Assembly (NCBI RefSeq): GCF_963921235.1
Contig: NC_086109.1
Span: 4,528,001 to 4,592,000, forward strand
DNA length: 64,000 nt
Source of the DNA: Mobula hypostoma
Lineage: Eukaryota
Reading direction: 5' to 3'
The notes under the pieces are model-generated. The model was not told the origin of the DNA. It saw only the letters and a list, made by a program, of their open reading frames with translations, and ran no database searches. Made by a program: the position numbers and the translations under genes. This document shows, in pieces, positions 1 through 10,989 of this stretch; positions within the stretch are counted from its first letter, which is position 1, and each line of letters opens with the position of its first letter.

Positions 1-95
1 GGGTGGATTGAAGGGACTGAGTGGGGTAGATTGAGGGCGGTTTAGTGTGTGGGGGGGACGGGGACCGGGACCAGACCCTCCCCCCACTCACTTAC

Positions 96-144
96 CCGCC
101 GCCCCCGCCGCCGTTAGCATCGCGAGCAGAAGCCGCAGCGCCAT
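96..144 (-). CDS. First coding exon (signal peptide, MALRLLLAMLTAAGAA-G) of a secreted or membrane protein gene continuing left of the window
   Basis: ATG at 144-142 in strong context (GAGATGG). 16 codons + 1 nt encode a basic-hydrophobic-small-residue signal peptide, followed by a canonical donor G|GTAAGT (phase 1). Surroundings are CpG-rich. Confidence 0.8.
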
Positions 145-330
145 CTCCCGCCCGGCTTCCCCCCGCCTCGCGCACGAGCGACCCAACGGACGTCTGAGCC
201 TTCCCGCTGTGACAGGTACGGCGGCGCCATCTTTGGTCAAGGCACCGTCTGGACTTCGCCGCTCTCTCTCTCTCAATTGTCACCTCACTCCTTCCGGATG
301 CTCTGCTCTGTTCGCCACTCGCTCCGCACG
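100..330 (-). promoter_or_regulatory. CpG-rich promoter/5' UTR of the left-hand gene
   Basis: High GC and CpG density compared with the rest of the window. YY1-type AAGATGGCG on minus at 225-233; ETS-type CCGGAAG on minus at 291-297. Confidence 0.6.
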
Positions 331-456
331 AATCCTAACTTCACCATCAAAGCCGCAGAAGCTGTTGGCAGACTGACATCTACCTTGCTGAGGCCAGGCT
401 CAGACACCTCCTCTTACTAACCCCTCGAACAGGACCCCTTCTAAGGAGCACCAGAC

Positions 457-1000
457 CGGACATCCCATCCCGCAAAAACTCATTTCAGGGAGGTAGCACC
501 ATTGCGGGAGACTCCCGGAACTTCCGGGAGAGGTGGGATGTCTGCAATAGAGTAGCTCCTTAGCAGCCAGCCAACTAGTTTAAATAACGTTAGCTATGCT
601 AATGAACGAATAACACCTGTTAAACTCACCTCACCATGTCTTTTATAGTCTTAACCCACCATGGGCAATAGAAAAGTCACTGTTGCAAACAGTGCAGCGA
701 GCAACACTGCCATTATTTTGACCCTTATTAGGCAGGGGACATTTTATTGTAGTCTGGAGTGACGTACGTTTTATATTTTTTGGAACACTGCCACTCTGAC
801 CTTTTTTGGAACTCTCTTGCTCATGCGCACTCTCTCGCTCCTGGTGGCTCTCACTCACACTTGCTCTCTCTCGCACATTCTCTCTCGCTCGCTCTCAAAA
901 AAATCAATTTCCAGGACATTGTATATAATTTGCGGGCATCAGGGAGCCACTATTAATTTGCGGGAGACTCCCGGAACTTCCGGGAGAGGTGGGATATCTG
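457..1000. mobile_element. hAT-like non-autonomous DNA transposon (MITE)
   Basis: Termini CGGACATCCCA...TGGGATATCTG; flanking direct repeat CCAGAC (451-456, 1001-1006); internal minus-strand remnant ARCTVCNSDFSIAHGG resembles a hAT BED-type zinc finger. Confidence 0.75.
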
Positions 1001-1021
1001 CCAGACCATTATCTCCCACAC

Positions 1022-2531
1022 CATCATCATCATCGTCAGGTGCCATGCCCAGTTTAAGCTTTGACTGCCATGGCCCACACACTCCTGTTTCGGGTCAAGT
1101 GGATCAATTCATTTGTATTCATTTCCAGTTCTCTGGCTGCTGTCTCCATCATCATTTGTCTTTGCCTTCCTCTTGCTTTCTTCCCTTCAATCTTTCCCAT
1201 AATTACCGCGCACTCTAACTCTTCTTTCCTAATCACATGTCCAATGAAGTTACTTTGCCTTTTCATGATCTCATCATTATTTTTGTGCTTGCTCTGTTCA
1301 TGACATCCTTAGATATTTGTTACATCCATGATATTCTTTGCATCTTCCTCAAAAACCACATCTCTGCTGCTTCAATTCGTTTCCACATGTTACTAGATAT
1401 TGCCCAACATTCTGATCCATACATATAAGCATCCATTAGTCTCATGAGACAGCCAGGCAAGGTTGTGTGGAAGACCAGCAGTTGCCCATGCTGCAAGTCT
1501 CCCCTCTCCATGCCACTAATGTTGTCCACGGGAAGGGCATTAGGACCCATACAGCTTGGCACCAGTGTCATCACAGAGCAATGTGTGGTTAAGTGCCTTG
1601 CTCAAGGACACAACGCGCTGCCTCAGCCAAGGCTTGAACTGGCAACCTTCAAAACACTGGATGAACGCCGTAACCACTTGGCCACGCGCCAACACGATCC
1701 ATATAACATAACTAGGTAAACATAACGCTTCAGTACTCTGAGGCAGGTTGCCATGCCTAGTTTAGTGTTGGTCAGTATACTCCTCATTCTCATAAAGGTG
1801 TCTTTTGCCATCCCTATTCTTTTGATGTCCATGTCGCACCTGCCATCTGATGTCACCCAGCTTCCTAAATAGCAAAAGTTCCGTACTTGTTTTATGTCTT
1901 CCCCGTTTATTCTGAACCTGCAGATAGGATTCTCCTTCTTTTTGGATATCACCATACAATGTGTCTTTTTGTGATTGAGAGATAGACCCATTTCGGCACT
2001 TTCTTCAACAACTATATCAATTAAGTTTTGTAGTTCTTCTTCCGCACTTGCAATTAACACAGTGTCATCCGCATATCCGAAATTATTGATGTTTTCACCG
2101 CCAACTTTGATTCCCAAGATGTCTCTTATTTTTTGTAATATTGTTTCACTGTACACATTAAACAAATCAGGGGAGAAAACACACCCTTGTCTAATGCCTC
2201 TCTTGATTTTCATAAACTGACTCACTTCTCCATCTATTCTTACAGCGGCAGTTTGTTCCCAGTACAAATTCCTGATTAGGTGGCGGTCTTTCGAATCTAG
2301 ATCTAGAGTTTCCTGTAATATTTCAAATAACTTATTGTGCTTCACTTTATCAAATGCTTTTGTGTAGTTGATAAAACAAACAAATCTTTTTGCACTTGAA
2401 TAGCTCGTTCTGATAGTATTCTTAACATCAATATCGCATTTCTTGTACCTTTGTCTTTCACAAAACCACATTGTTCTTTACCTATTTCAGCTCATATCTT
2501 ACTTTTAGCTCTTGTCATCAAAATTCTTAGA
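1022..2531 (-). mobile_element. RTE (BovB-like) LINE, 5'-truncated
   Basis: ORF 1623-2471 has RGIRQGCVFSPDLFN and YADDTVLIA; the C-terminal part (FIGHVIRK..GKIEGKKARGRQR) is at 1054-1266; (GAT)n tail near 1022-1033; approximate TSD TCCCACA(C/T)CATCA. Confidence 0.85.
1422..1695 (-). mobile_element. tRNA-derived SINE inserted in the RTE element
   Basis: Minus strand begins GTGTTGGCGCGTGGCCAAGTGG (A box), then AGTTCAAGCC (B-box-like) and a CORE-like GTGTCCTTGAGCAAGGCACTTAACC. TSD GATCCATA at 1414-1421 and 1696-1703. Confidence 0.8.
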
Positions 2532-3305
2532 TTTCCCACATCATCACTGACTTTATTAACTCTGGGGATCTCCCGGCCACTGCCAGCAAACTTATAGTTC
2601 CCCTACTCTGCACCTCCCGTTTCTACCTCTAACCCAAAATCCATAAATCTGCCTGTCCAGATAGACGATACCTCGACCATGTATTATCCCCCCACCCCCA
2701 GTTCAGTCCCTTCCTGCCTACATCCGTGACAGCTCACACACTTTGGCTTTTTTCAATGACTTCAAGTTCCCTGGCCCTGATGGTCTCATTTTCACCATGG
2801 ACGTCCAGTCCCTATATATCTTCAACTCCGTCAGCCTTAAAGCTCTCTGCTTCTTCCTGGACAACACACCCAACTCTTCCCTTCCACCTGGCAGAATAGG
2901 TCCTCACTCTCAATAATTTTTCCTTCCACTCCTACCTTCCTTCAAACAAAAGATGCACTTGCATGGGTCCCAGCTATGCCTGCCTTTTCGTCAGCCTATG
3001 TTATAAGCATATACTGGGATCACTCCCCAACTTTTTCCCGCATTATACACTGGGGCTGCTTTCTATACCCATGCCGACTTCATCAACTTTACTCCAGCTT
3101 TCAACCTGTCCTCAGTTTTACCTGGTCCATTTGCAACTCCTCCCTCCCCTTTCTCAATCTCTCTTAACGTCTGGGCACAATTTATCTTCTGATATCTTTT
3201 ATAAACCCACTGATTCTGACAGCTACCTGGACAATACCTCTTCCCACCCTGTCACTTGTGAAAATGTCATCCCCTTCTCTCAAATCCTCCAGTTCCACTG
3301 CTTTT

Positions 3306-3540
3306 GCAACACAGAGCGTCATAGGAAGTCATTCCTGCCTGTGGCCATCAAACTTTACAACTCCTCCCTTGGAGGATCAGACACCCTGAGCCAATAGGCT
3401 GGTCCTGGACTTATTTCCTGGCATAATTTACATATTGCTATTTAACTATTTATGGTTTTATTACTATTTAATTATTTATGGTGCAACTGTAACGAAAACC
3501 AATTTCCCCCGGGATCAATAAAGTATAACTATGACTATGA
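3306..3540 (+). mobile_element. Rex1/Babar LINE 3' end
   Basis: TERHRKSFLPVAIKLYNSS, AATAAA and (CTATGA)n tail; near-identical to ~60813-61055. Confidence 0.85.
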
Positions 3541-3640
3541 GTTGGATGATCAGCCATGATCATACTGAATGGCGGTGCAGGCTTGAAGGGCCGAATGGCC
3601 TACTCCTGCACCTATTTTCTATGTTTTCTATGTTTCTATG
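3541..3640 (+). mobile_element. CR1 LINE extreme 3' end inserted in the Rex1 tail
   Basis: GAAGGGCCGAATGGCCTACTCCTGCACCTATTTTCTATG tail, same family as 27010-27107; the CTATGA repeat resumes after it. Confidence 0.8.
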
Positions 3641-4364
3641 ACTATGACTCTCAGGATGAGGCTTTTCATTCCAGAACAAGTGAGATGTCCTCCTTCAAGA
3701 AAGGGGCTTTCCTCCCTGCACCATCAACGCTGCCCTCACCTGTATCTCCCCATCCTCCCACTGTCACACACAAGAAATAGGAGCAGGAGTAACCTGCCTT
3801 TTCTTCACAACCCTCACTTCCCCTAACTATGCATAAAATCTATCCAACCATTCCTTCAATATATTTATTGAGGTAGCCTCCACTGCTTCATTGCCACAGA
3901 TTCACCTCTGTCTGGGAAAAGCAGTTCCTCCTCATCTCCATCCTAAGTCTACTCCCCTGAATCTTGAAACGATGTCCCCTAGTTCTAGCCTCACCCACCA
4001 GTGGAAACAACTTTCCTGCCTTTCGTTTTAATTACAAAATCCTCCAGTGTAATTGGTCATTGCAGATTGCCCTGTGATTAGGTGACGGTTCAATCGGGGG
4101 CTGCTTGGTGGAGTGGCTGTTGGGCAGAAGGGCCTGTTCGGCATTGTATCGGTAAATACAGAGCGCACACTTTGGGCTGGGACCCTTCTTCAGGACCACT
4201 TAGCTTTCACTTGTCCTGCACTGTCTGTTCCTTCTGTACAGATCAATGTGCAAATATGGGGGAGTCTAGGACCAGAGAACACAGCCTCAGAATACAAGGA
4301 TGTCCATTTAAAACAGAGTTGAGGAGGAATTATTTTAACCAGAGAGTGGTGAATCTGTGGAATT

Positions 4365-4785
4365 TATTTTTTGAGATACAGCACAGCCTCTTGAGCCGTA
4401 CCAGCCAGCAATCCCCCAATTTAACCCTAGCCTAATCACGGGACAATTTACAATGACCAATCTACCAACCGGCCAGAAATCTGAGCTACACACACAGAAT
4501 GCTGGAGGAACTCAGCAGGCCAGGCAGCATCTAGGGAAAGAGTACAGTCGACGTCTTGGCCCGAAACATCCACTGTACCCTTTTCCTAGATGCTGCCTGG
4601 CCTGCAGAGTTCCTCCAGAATTTTGTGTGTGCTGCTCAAATCCACCAACCAGTATATCTTTGGACTGAGAGAGGAAGCTGAAGCACCCAGAGCGGTGCAG
4701 TCACAGGGGTGAGGGGTGGTATTGTACAATTTCCTTCCAGGCAGCGGCGGGAATTGAACCTGGGTCACTGCTAACCACTACGCTT
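4365..4785 (-). mobile_element. V-SINE (HE1-like) interrupted by a Penelope-derived fold-back (~4476-4640)
   Basis: tRNA-like head on minus (GTAGTGGTTAG...GGTTCAATTCCC) and a tail shared with other V-SINE copies. The insert is an inverted repeat of the PLE 3' tail (GCTGGAGGAACTCAGCAGGCCAGGCAGCATCTAGG / CCTAGATGCTGCCTGGCCTGCAGAGTTCCTCCAG). Confidence 0.65.
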
Positions 4786-5373
4786 CATTGCCACAGACTA
4801 CCGTCGAGACAAAGTCACTGGATATATTTGAAGCAGAAGTTGAGAAGCTCTTGATTAGTAAGGGTGTACATGATTACAGGGAGAAAGCCAGGAAAATGGG
4901 GCTGAAAGGAATAATAACTCAGCCAGGATGGAATGGCAGAGAAGACTTATGGACGTATGAGACATTGATATGCCATTAAATAACAGAGCAGAGGTAGAAG
5001 TCGAGATCTTTGCACTCCTTTGCTGGTGGTACCTACGGAGAGGAAATTGTCACACAGTGACTTATCCCCAAGCTCTTTCCGCACCTCCCAAAAATGTTCT
5101 GGGAGTTGTAAGAATATTCATTTTCTTTAACAAGCTGACTTACTGAAGCACAAAAGAATGTACAACAATTAGAAGTGGAAAAATTATGTACACCAGTGAC
5201 TTCCTCAAAGGCAGTACAGTCATGCATAACAAACTTCACTCTGGGAAGGTTTCCAGAAAGTCAGCAGGAGTTGCCATCATTCTCACTGCGACAAACAGGA
5301 AATAAGAAACTCAACATGCAGGAGGTCAGGCAGCACCTGCAGAGGAAAATAAACTCTCAATGTTTCAGGTCAT

Positions 5374-5962
5374 GGGTGGCACACTAGAGTAGAGGTTATT
5401 ACAACCCCTTACAGTACCAGTGACCAGGGTTCAATTCTGACTCTGCTTTAATTCTGGCTGCTGTTTGTGAAGAGTTTATACGCTCTCCCCGTAAATGTAC
5501 GGGTTTCCTCTGGGTATTCCAGCTTCCTCTCGCAGTCCAAAGGCGAACCAGTTGGTAGTTCAAGCTTCAAAGTACATTTAATATCAGAGTATGTGCACCT
5601 GAAATTCATCCTCTTCACAGACATCCATGAAACAAAGAAACCCCATACAATGATAAAAACATACTGAAGCCCCAAAGCCCCCCACCTCTCCTTTTGCACA
5701 ACTGCCGCAGAAGCATTGCCCCCCCATCCATCCCCACCTGTGTGCCAGGAGAAGCACTGACCCCCCCCCCCCCAGCATCCCCACCACACAAGAAGCAGCA
5801 GAACCACCAAAGAATCTATTGATCCAGAATCCATCAGACTACAGTTCACAGGTTAATTGATCATCGTAAACTGTGCCCTGATTAGGCTAGGGTTAAACTG
5901 GGGGTTGATGGGTGGTGTAGCTCGAAGGGCCGGTTCCACGCTGTATCCCAATCAATAAATAA
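5374..5962 (+). mobile_element. V-SINE (HE1-like) with a ~290-bp internal insertion
   Basis: tRNA-like head (GGGTTCAATTC), V-domain GGGTTTCCTCTGGGTATTCCAGCTTCCTCTCGCAGTCCAAAG, CR1-like tail ending AATAAATAA. Confidence 0.7.
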
Positions 5963-6242
5963 CTAATCTGGACTGGAAAGAAAGAACTCAAATCAGTTTA
6001 TTATTGTCACATGTATTGAAATAGTGTGAAAAAGATTGTCTTGTATTCTATTCATTACACAGTACGTTGAGGTAGAACAAGGTAAAACAATAACAGAATG
6101 CAGAATAAGGCGCTGGAGTTACACAGAAAGTCCTGTGCAGGTAGATAATGGGGTGCAAGATCACAATGAGGTTGATTGTGAGGTCAAGAATCCACCTCAT
6201 CGTATGAGGGAACCGATCGGTAGTACGATGAGAACTGTCGTA

Positions 6243-7086
6243 CGAATGTTGAAAAGCATGGACAGAGTGGATGTGGCAAAGTTGTTTCCCATGATGGGGG
6301 AGTCTAGTACAAGAGGGCATGACTTAAGGATTGAAGGGCGCCCATTCAGAACAGAGATGCGAAGAAATTTTTTTAGCCAGATGGTGGTGAATCTATGGAA
6401 TTTGTTGCCACGGGCGGCAGTGGAGGCCAAGTCATTGGATGTATTTAAGGCAGAGATTGATAGGTATCTGAGTAAACATAGAAACATAGAAAATAGGTGC
6501 AGGAGTAGGCCATTCGGCCCTTCGAGCCTGCACCGCCATTCAGTATAATCATGGCTGATCATCCAACTCAGAACCCTGTACCAGCCTTCCCCTCCATACC
6601 CCTGATCTCTTTAGCCACAAGGGCCATATCTAACTCACTCTTAAATATAGCTAATGAACTGGCCTCAACTATTTCCTGTGGCAGAGAACTCCACAGATTC
6701 ACCACTCTCTGTGTGAAGAAGTTTTTCCTAATCTTAGTCCTAAAAGGCTTCCCCTTTATCCTCAAACTGTGACCCCTCGTTCTGGACTTCCCCAACATCG
6801 GAAACAATCTTCCTGCATCTAGCCTGTCCAATCCCTTTAGGATTTTATATGTTTCAATAAGATCCCCCCTCAATCTTCTAAATTCCAATGAGTATAAGCC
6901 TAATCGATCCAGTCTTTCATCATATGAAAGTCCTGCCATGAGTAGCCAGGGCATCAAAGGTTATGGTGAGAAGGTGGGGCAGTGGGACTAAATGGGAGAA
7001 TGGATCAGCTCATGATAAAATGGCGGAGCAGACTCGATGGGCCAAATGTTCGACTTCTGCTCCTTTGTCTTATGGTCTTATGGTCT
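6243..7086 (+). mobile_element. CR1 LINE 3' fragment
   Basis: ESSTRGHDLRIEGRPFRTEMRRNFFSQ..VNLWNLLP; (TCTTATGG)n tail; same subfamily as 11995-12692. Confidence 0.85.
6475..6938 (-). mobile_element. Younger CR1 3' fragment nested in CR1
   Basis: LSYDERLDRLGLYSLEFRRLRGDLIETYKILKG; (TTTCTATG)n tail; TSD TGAGTA at 6469-6474 and 6939-6944. Confidence 0.85.
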
Positions 7087-7379
7087 TTGAGCCTGGCAGT
7101 ACCTGCTTTCAGGCTTTTGTTTCTTCTGCCCAGTAGGAGAGGGGAGAAGAGAGAATGTGCGGGGTGGGTGGGGTCTCTAATTATTCTGGCTGCTTTACTG
7201 AGGAAGCGGGAAGTGTAGACAGAGTCCATGGAAGGGCGGCTGGTTTTGTGTCCACAGCACTCTGCTGTTTCTTGTGGTCACGGACAGTGCTGCAGCAAGC
7301 TACACTGGGCCCAGATGAGACGCATTGGTAAGGACAGGAGCCAGAATTAATGGGTAGAGGGAGAAGAGGGAACAAGAGC

Positions 7380-7870
7380 TTTGGGGTATTATGTGCAGCT
7401 TTGGTTACCTACCTACAGGAAAAACGTAAATATTGAATGAGTGCAGGGAAAATTTACAAGGATGTTGCCAGGACTGGAGGACCTGAGTTATAAGGAAAAA
7501 TAGAATAGGTTAGGACTTTATTCCTTGGAATGTAGAAGACTGAGGGCAGGTTTGATAGAGGTATATAAAATTATGGGGGGTATAGATAGGGTAAATGCAA
7601 GCTGGTTTTTTCCACTGAGGTTGGGTGGGACTACAACCAGAGATCATGGGTTAAGGGTGAAAGGCGAGACGTTGAAGGGGAACATGAGGGAAATCTTCTT
7701 CACTCAGAGGGTTGTGAGAGTTCTATTTCAATGTTTAGGACTGGATAGGTAGGGGATATGGAGGGCTATGGTCTGGGTTCAGGTCGATGGGAGTAGGCAG
7801 TTTAAATGGTTCAGCAAGGACTAGATGGGCCAACTGCCCTGTTTCTGTGCTGTACTTTTCTCTGACTCTA
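7380..7870 (+). mobile_element. CR1 LINE 3' fragment (degenerate)
   Basis: ECRRLRAGLIEVYKIM..TRDHGLRVKGE..FFTQRVVRV. Confidence 0.75.
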
Positions 7871-9112
7871 GGCTGGCAGATGGGGGGGGTGGAATGTAGG
7901 TGGGTGGGGGCGGGAGTGGTGGAATGATACGAGAAACTGGCGGTGACAGATGAAAGGGGCAAAGCACTTAACTAGATGGAATCAGAAAGAAGGCAGTGGA
8001 CTATGGAACCAGATGAAAAAAGTGAAGGTGATGGTCGCATCATGAGGGTGGGGAAGGGGAAGGAGAAAGAGTAATGGGCCACAGGGATAAGGGGAAAATG
8101 GCGGGGGGGAGATGGTGAGCAGAGGGGAGTGGTTACCAGAATTGATGTTGATGCTTTCAAACTGCCATCAACCTGAAGCATCAACTGTTCATTTCCCTCC
8201 ATGGATGCTGCACGACCTGCTGAATTCCTCCGGCATTTGTGCGCGTTGCTGCGCGCCACCATCTGCAGTCTGTGCCCACAGTAACGCACTGACCCCTGGC
8301 CACTGTTTATGCAGACATTGGCGAGATCGTACTGGGAGTATTACGTGCAACGCCGCTCGCCGTTGCGACAGGAAGGATGTGGTCGAACTGGAAGGGGTAC
8401 ACAGGATCAGCGGAGCTGTTTTATCTTGGAGCGCGAGGAGAGGGGACCTTACGGAGCTTTATAAAATCACAAGTGGCACAGTTAGGTGGATGGTCAGAGC
8501 CTTGTGGGGTCAAAAATATAATTTGCAACACTTAACGGCACAAAATGCTGGAGGAGTTCAGCAAGTCAGGCAGCATCTGTGGAGGGGAATAAACAGTTGG
8601 TGTTTCGGACCGAGACCCTTCATCAGGACCGGAAAGGAAAGGGGGGAACCTTCCCTCTAACTTTTTATTTACAGCTGCACGGACCAACTATTGTTCTGAG
8701 CAGGAAATGTTTACATGGCCCGAAAAAGCGTGTGGCAATTTAAAGATTTTGTACGTGGGAGCATTTCGATTACTGCCCAGCCATGCACCCACACGGCTTC
8801 GAGGGCATGGTGAAAGGAGGGCAGAGGCTTTGAAATTCAATAAGGATTTCGGAAGCCTTTCCTTTACCGTAAGAGTGGCCAGGGTGTGGGAGGTGGCATG
8901 GTAGATTTAGGGGGAATGCTGCGTGAGGGCATTCTGCAGATTAGATGGTGGAAGAGGAGAAAGTGCAACAGAAACAAGGTGGACTGACAAGGCTGAATGG
9001 TTTCCACCCCCGTCCTTTCCACTCTGAAGAGTCTCGGCCCGAAACATTGACTGTTTACTCCTCTCCGCAGCTGCTGCCTGACTTGCTGAGTTCCGCCAGC
9101 ACTTCGTGTGTG

Positions 9113-9571
9113 AAACACACATAAAAGTTGCTGGTGAACGCAACAGGCCAGGCAGCATCTATCGGAAGAGGTACAGTCGACGTTTCGGGCTAAGACCCTT
9201 CGTCAGGACTAACTGAAAGAAGAGCTAGTAAGAGATTTGAAAGTGGGAGGGGGAGGGGGAGATCCAAAATGATAGGAGAAGACAGCAGGGGGAGGGATGG
9301 AGCCAAGAGCTGGACAGGTCACGGGACAGAAAGAAAGGGGGAGGGGGGAAGCCCAGAGGATGGGCAAGGGGTATAGTGAGAGGGACAGAGGGAAAAAAGG
9401 AGAGAGAGAAAAAAATATATATATATAATAATAAAAGATAAATAAATAACGGATGGGGTACAAAGGGGAGGTGGGGCATTAACGGAAGTTAGAGAAGTCA
9501 GTGTTCATGCCATCAGGTTGGAGGCTACCCAGACAGAATATAAGGTGTTGTTCCTCCAACCTGAGTGTGGC
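9113..9571 (-). mobile_element. Penelope-like element 3' end (GIY-YIG C-terminus + pLTR) inserted into the (TG)n tail of an older PLE copy
   Basis: Minus strand encodes RLEEQHLIF.LGSLQPDGMN; homologous to 40398-40972; flanked by TGTGTG runs of the older copy (~9010-9112 and 9572-9626). Confidence 0.8.
9175..9210 (-). ncRNA. Minimal hammerhead ribozyme motif (PLE-associated)
   Basis: Minus strand AGUC-CUGACGA-AGGGUCUUAGCCC-GAAA-CGUC|GACU: conserved core, stem I AGUC/GACU, palindromic ACGU in place of stem III. Confidence 0.75.
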
Positions 9572-9872
9572 TTTTGTGTGTGTGTGTTGCTCAAGGCTTC
9601 AAGCATCTGCAGAACCTCTTGTGTTTTAGGATTTTTAAAAAAAGCATTTGGACAGATACATGGATAGGAAAGGTTTGGAGGGAGATGAGTCCAACACATG
9701 AACAAATGGAACCAATTTAAGTAAAAAAAAATCCTGTTCAGCACATTTGCCGAAGAACCTGTTTCTATTTAGTGTAACTTTATGACTCTAAAGCTTTCCA
9801 GATTTGTGAGGAATTTCTTGTCTGTAATTGAAGCAGAATGTGCTTTTACTATCTTGGTATGAGAATACAGTA

Positions 9873-10240
9873 CCTACTGCCCATTACACCACTGGCGTTT
9901 AGGGCAGCAATGAAGGTCCTCCGTCTCTGGTGGTGTTCAGGGCTTCCTTCATCACGTTTGTAGCTTCCTCTCGGTTTTCACTACTGTCGGTCACGCAAGT
10001 CCCGTGTGGAGACTCAGGAATACCGTCACACTCAGATGTGGAAGGATTCTTCATTGCTGTTTCCGTAACAGTTTTGTTTTACCACAAACAAGAGAAAATC
10101 TGCAGCTGCTGGAAGTCCAAGGCAACACACACAAAATGCTGGAGGAACTCAGCAGGTCAGGCGGCATTTATGGAAATGAGTAAACAGTCGATGTTTGTTT
10201 TACCGGTCAGGGTTGTTAGCCATGAGCTGAACCCCCTGAT
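9873..10240 (-). mobile_element. Non-autonomous RTE-derived element with a 110-bp PLE-tail insertion (10084-10193)
   Basis: RTE-like 5' hairpin (CATGGCTAACAACCC) and 3' end (GCTGCCCTAAACGCCAG) on minus. The insert is flanked by TSD TTTGTTTTACC (10073-10083, 10194-10204). Confidence 0.6.
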
Positions 10241-10274
10241 TCTGCTACAATTGGAACCTGTGATTTACCTTTTG

Positions 10275-10823
10275 ATGGTGTGTTTTCGGGCCCATAGAAA
10301 GTACCAGATCACTCAATCTTCGAGGGAGTTGTGGGGTTTCAAGTGGCGTGTGTGGCCTGTAGACACAGCACGAGCTCACGATCGACTCCACTTATGGCCA
10401 ATCTTGCTAGCTAAAGCATCAAGCAAGACTGAAATCAATGAGGACAAGCACAGTGGGGAGGGGGGCGGCGCTGTTGAACCATGAGCAAGTAGGACGCGCC
10501 CTCCTGTAGCTCCGGCAGATTTGATATTAAGACTTCATTTACACAAAGTCAATTTGAGGTTTAGGGTGGCAAACGAAGGGGAGGTGCTCTTCAATACATA
10601 CCAGAAGGAGAAAGAGTGAAGGATTGCGCTACAAAATGCCGAGAAGAGGAACGGCTAAGGCAGAGACGAAGGAAGAGACAGGCCCAATTGACGCCTCGGA
10701 GCTCACGAGTGAGGGCCACGTGGAGCCACATGCACAGAGTATGGACAACAATGCGGCATTGGTGGCCATAGAGTCGCTACATGCAGAGCTAACTACGATG
10801 AAGTCAGACATCTGTAAGAAAAT
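10275..10823 (+). mobile_element. Probable L1-clade 5' UTR and ORF1 N-terminus
   Basis: CpG-containing leader, then MPRRGTAKAETKEE...ALVAIESLHAELTTMKSDICKKI (basic start then coiled-coil-like), truncated. Confidence 0.4.
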
Positions 10824-10989
10824 TGTTTTCCTTTTTTTGCACCTTGGCTGTTTGATGTTTTCTTTGAACTGGTTCCATGGTGTTTCTTTGTTTCCTGGCT
10901 GTCTGCGTGAAAACATATCTCAGGATTATATACTGCATAGATACTTTGATGATGAATACACTTTGAATCTGCACTGACATTCAACACTG

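Larger units (their letters stand above)
245..3765 (+). mobile_element. Degenerate Penelope-like element (Neptune-type RT), split by nested insertions
   Basis: Decayed RT motifs read across the pieces: LTPSxxSAL..TNPNFTIK (280-355), FTMDVQSLY (2791-2817), MGPSYACLF (2963), YKPTDSDSYLDNTSSHP, SQDEAFHSRTSEMSSF (3648+). Segments ~245-456, 1001-1021, 2532-3305, 3648-3765. Confidence 0.75.

Noticed and set aside
494..503. TAGCACCATT matching the miR-29 5' end (miR-29 neighbours CD46 in mammals)
   Set aside because: Only 10 nt match, inside a MITE, with no pre-miRNA hairpin.
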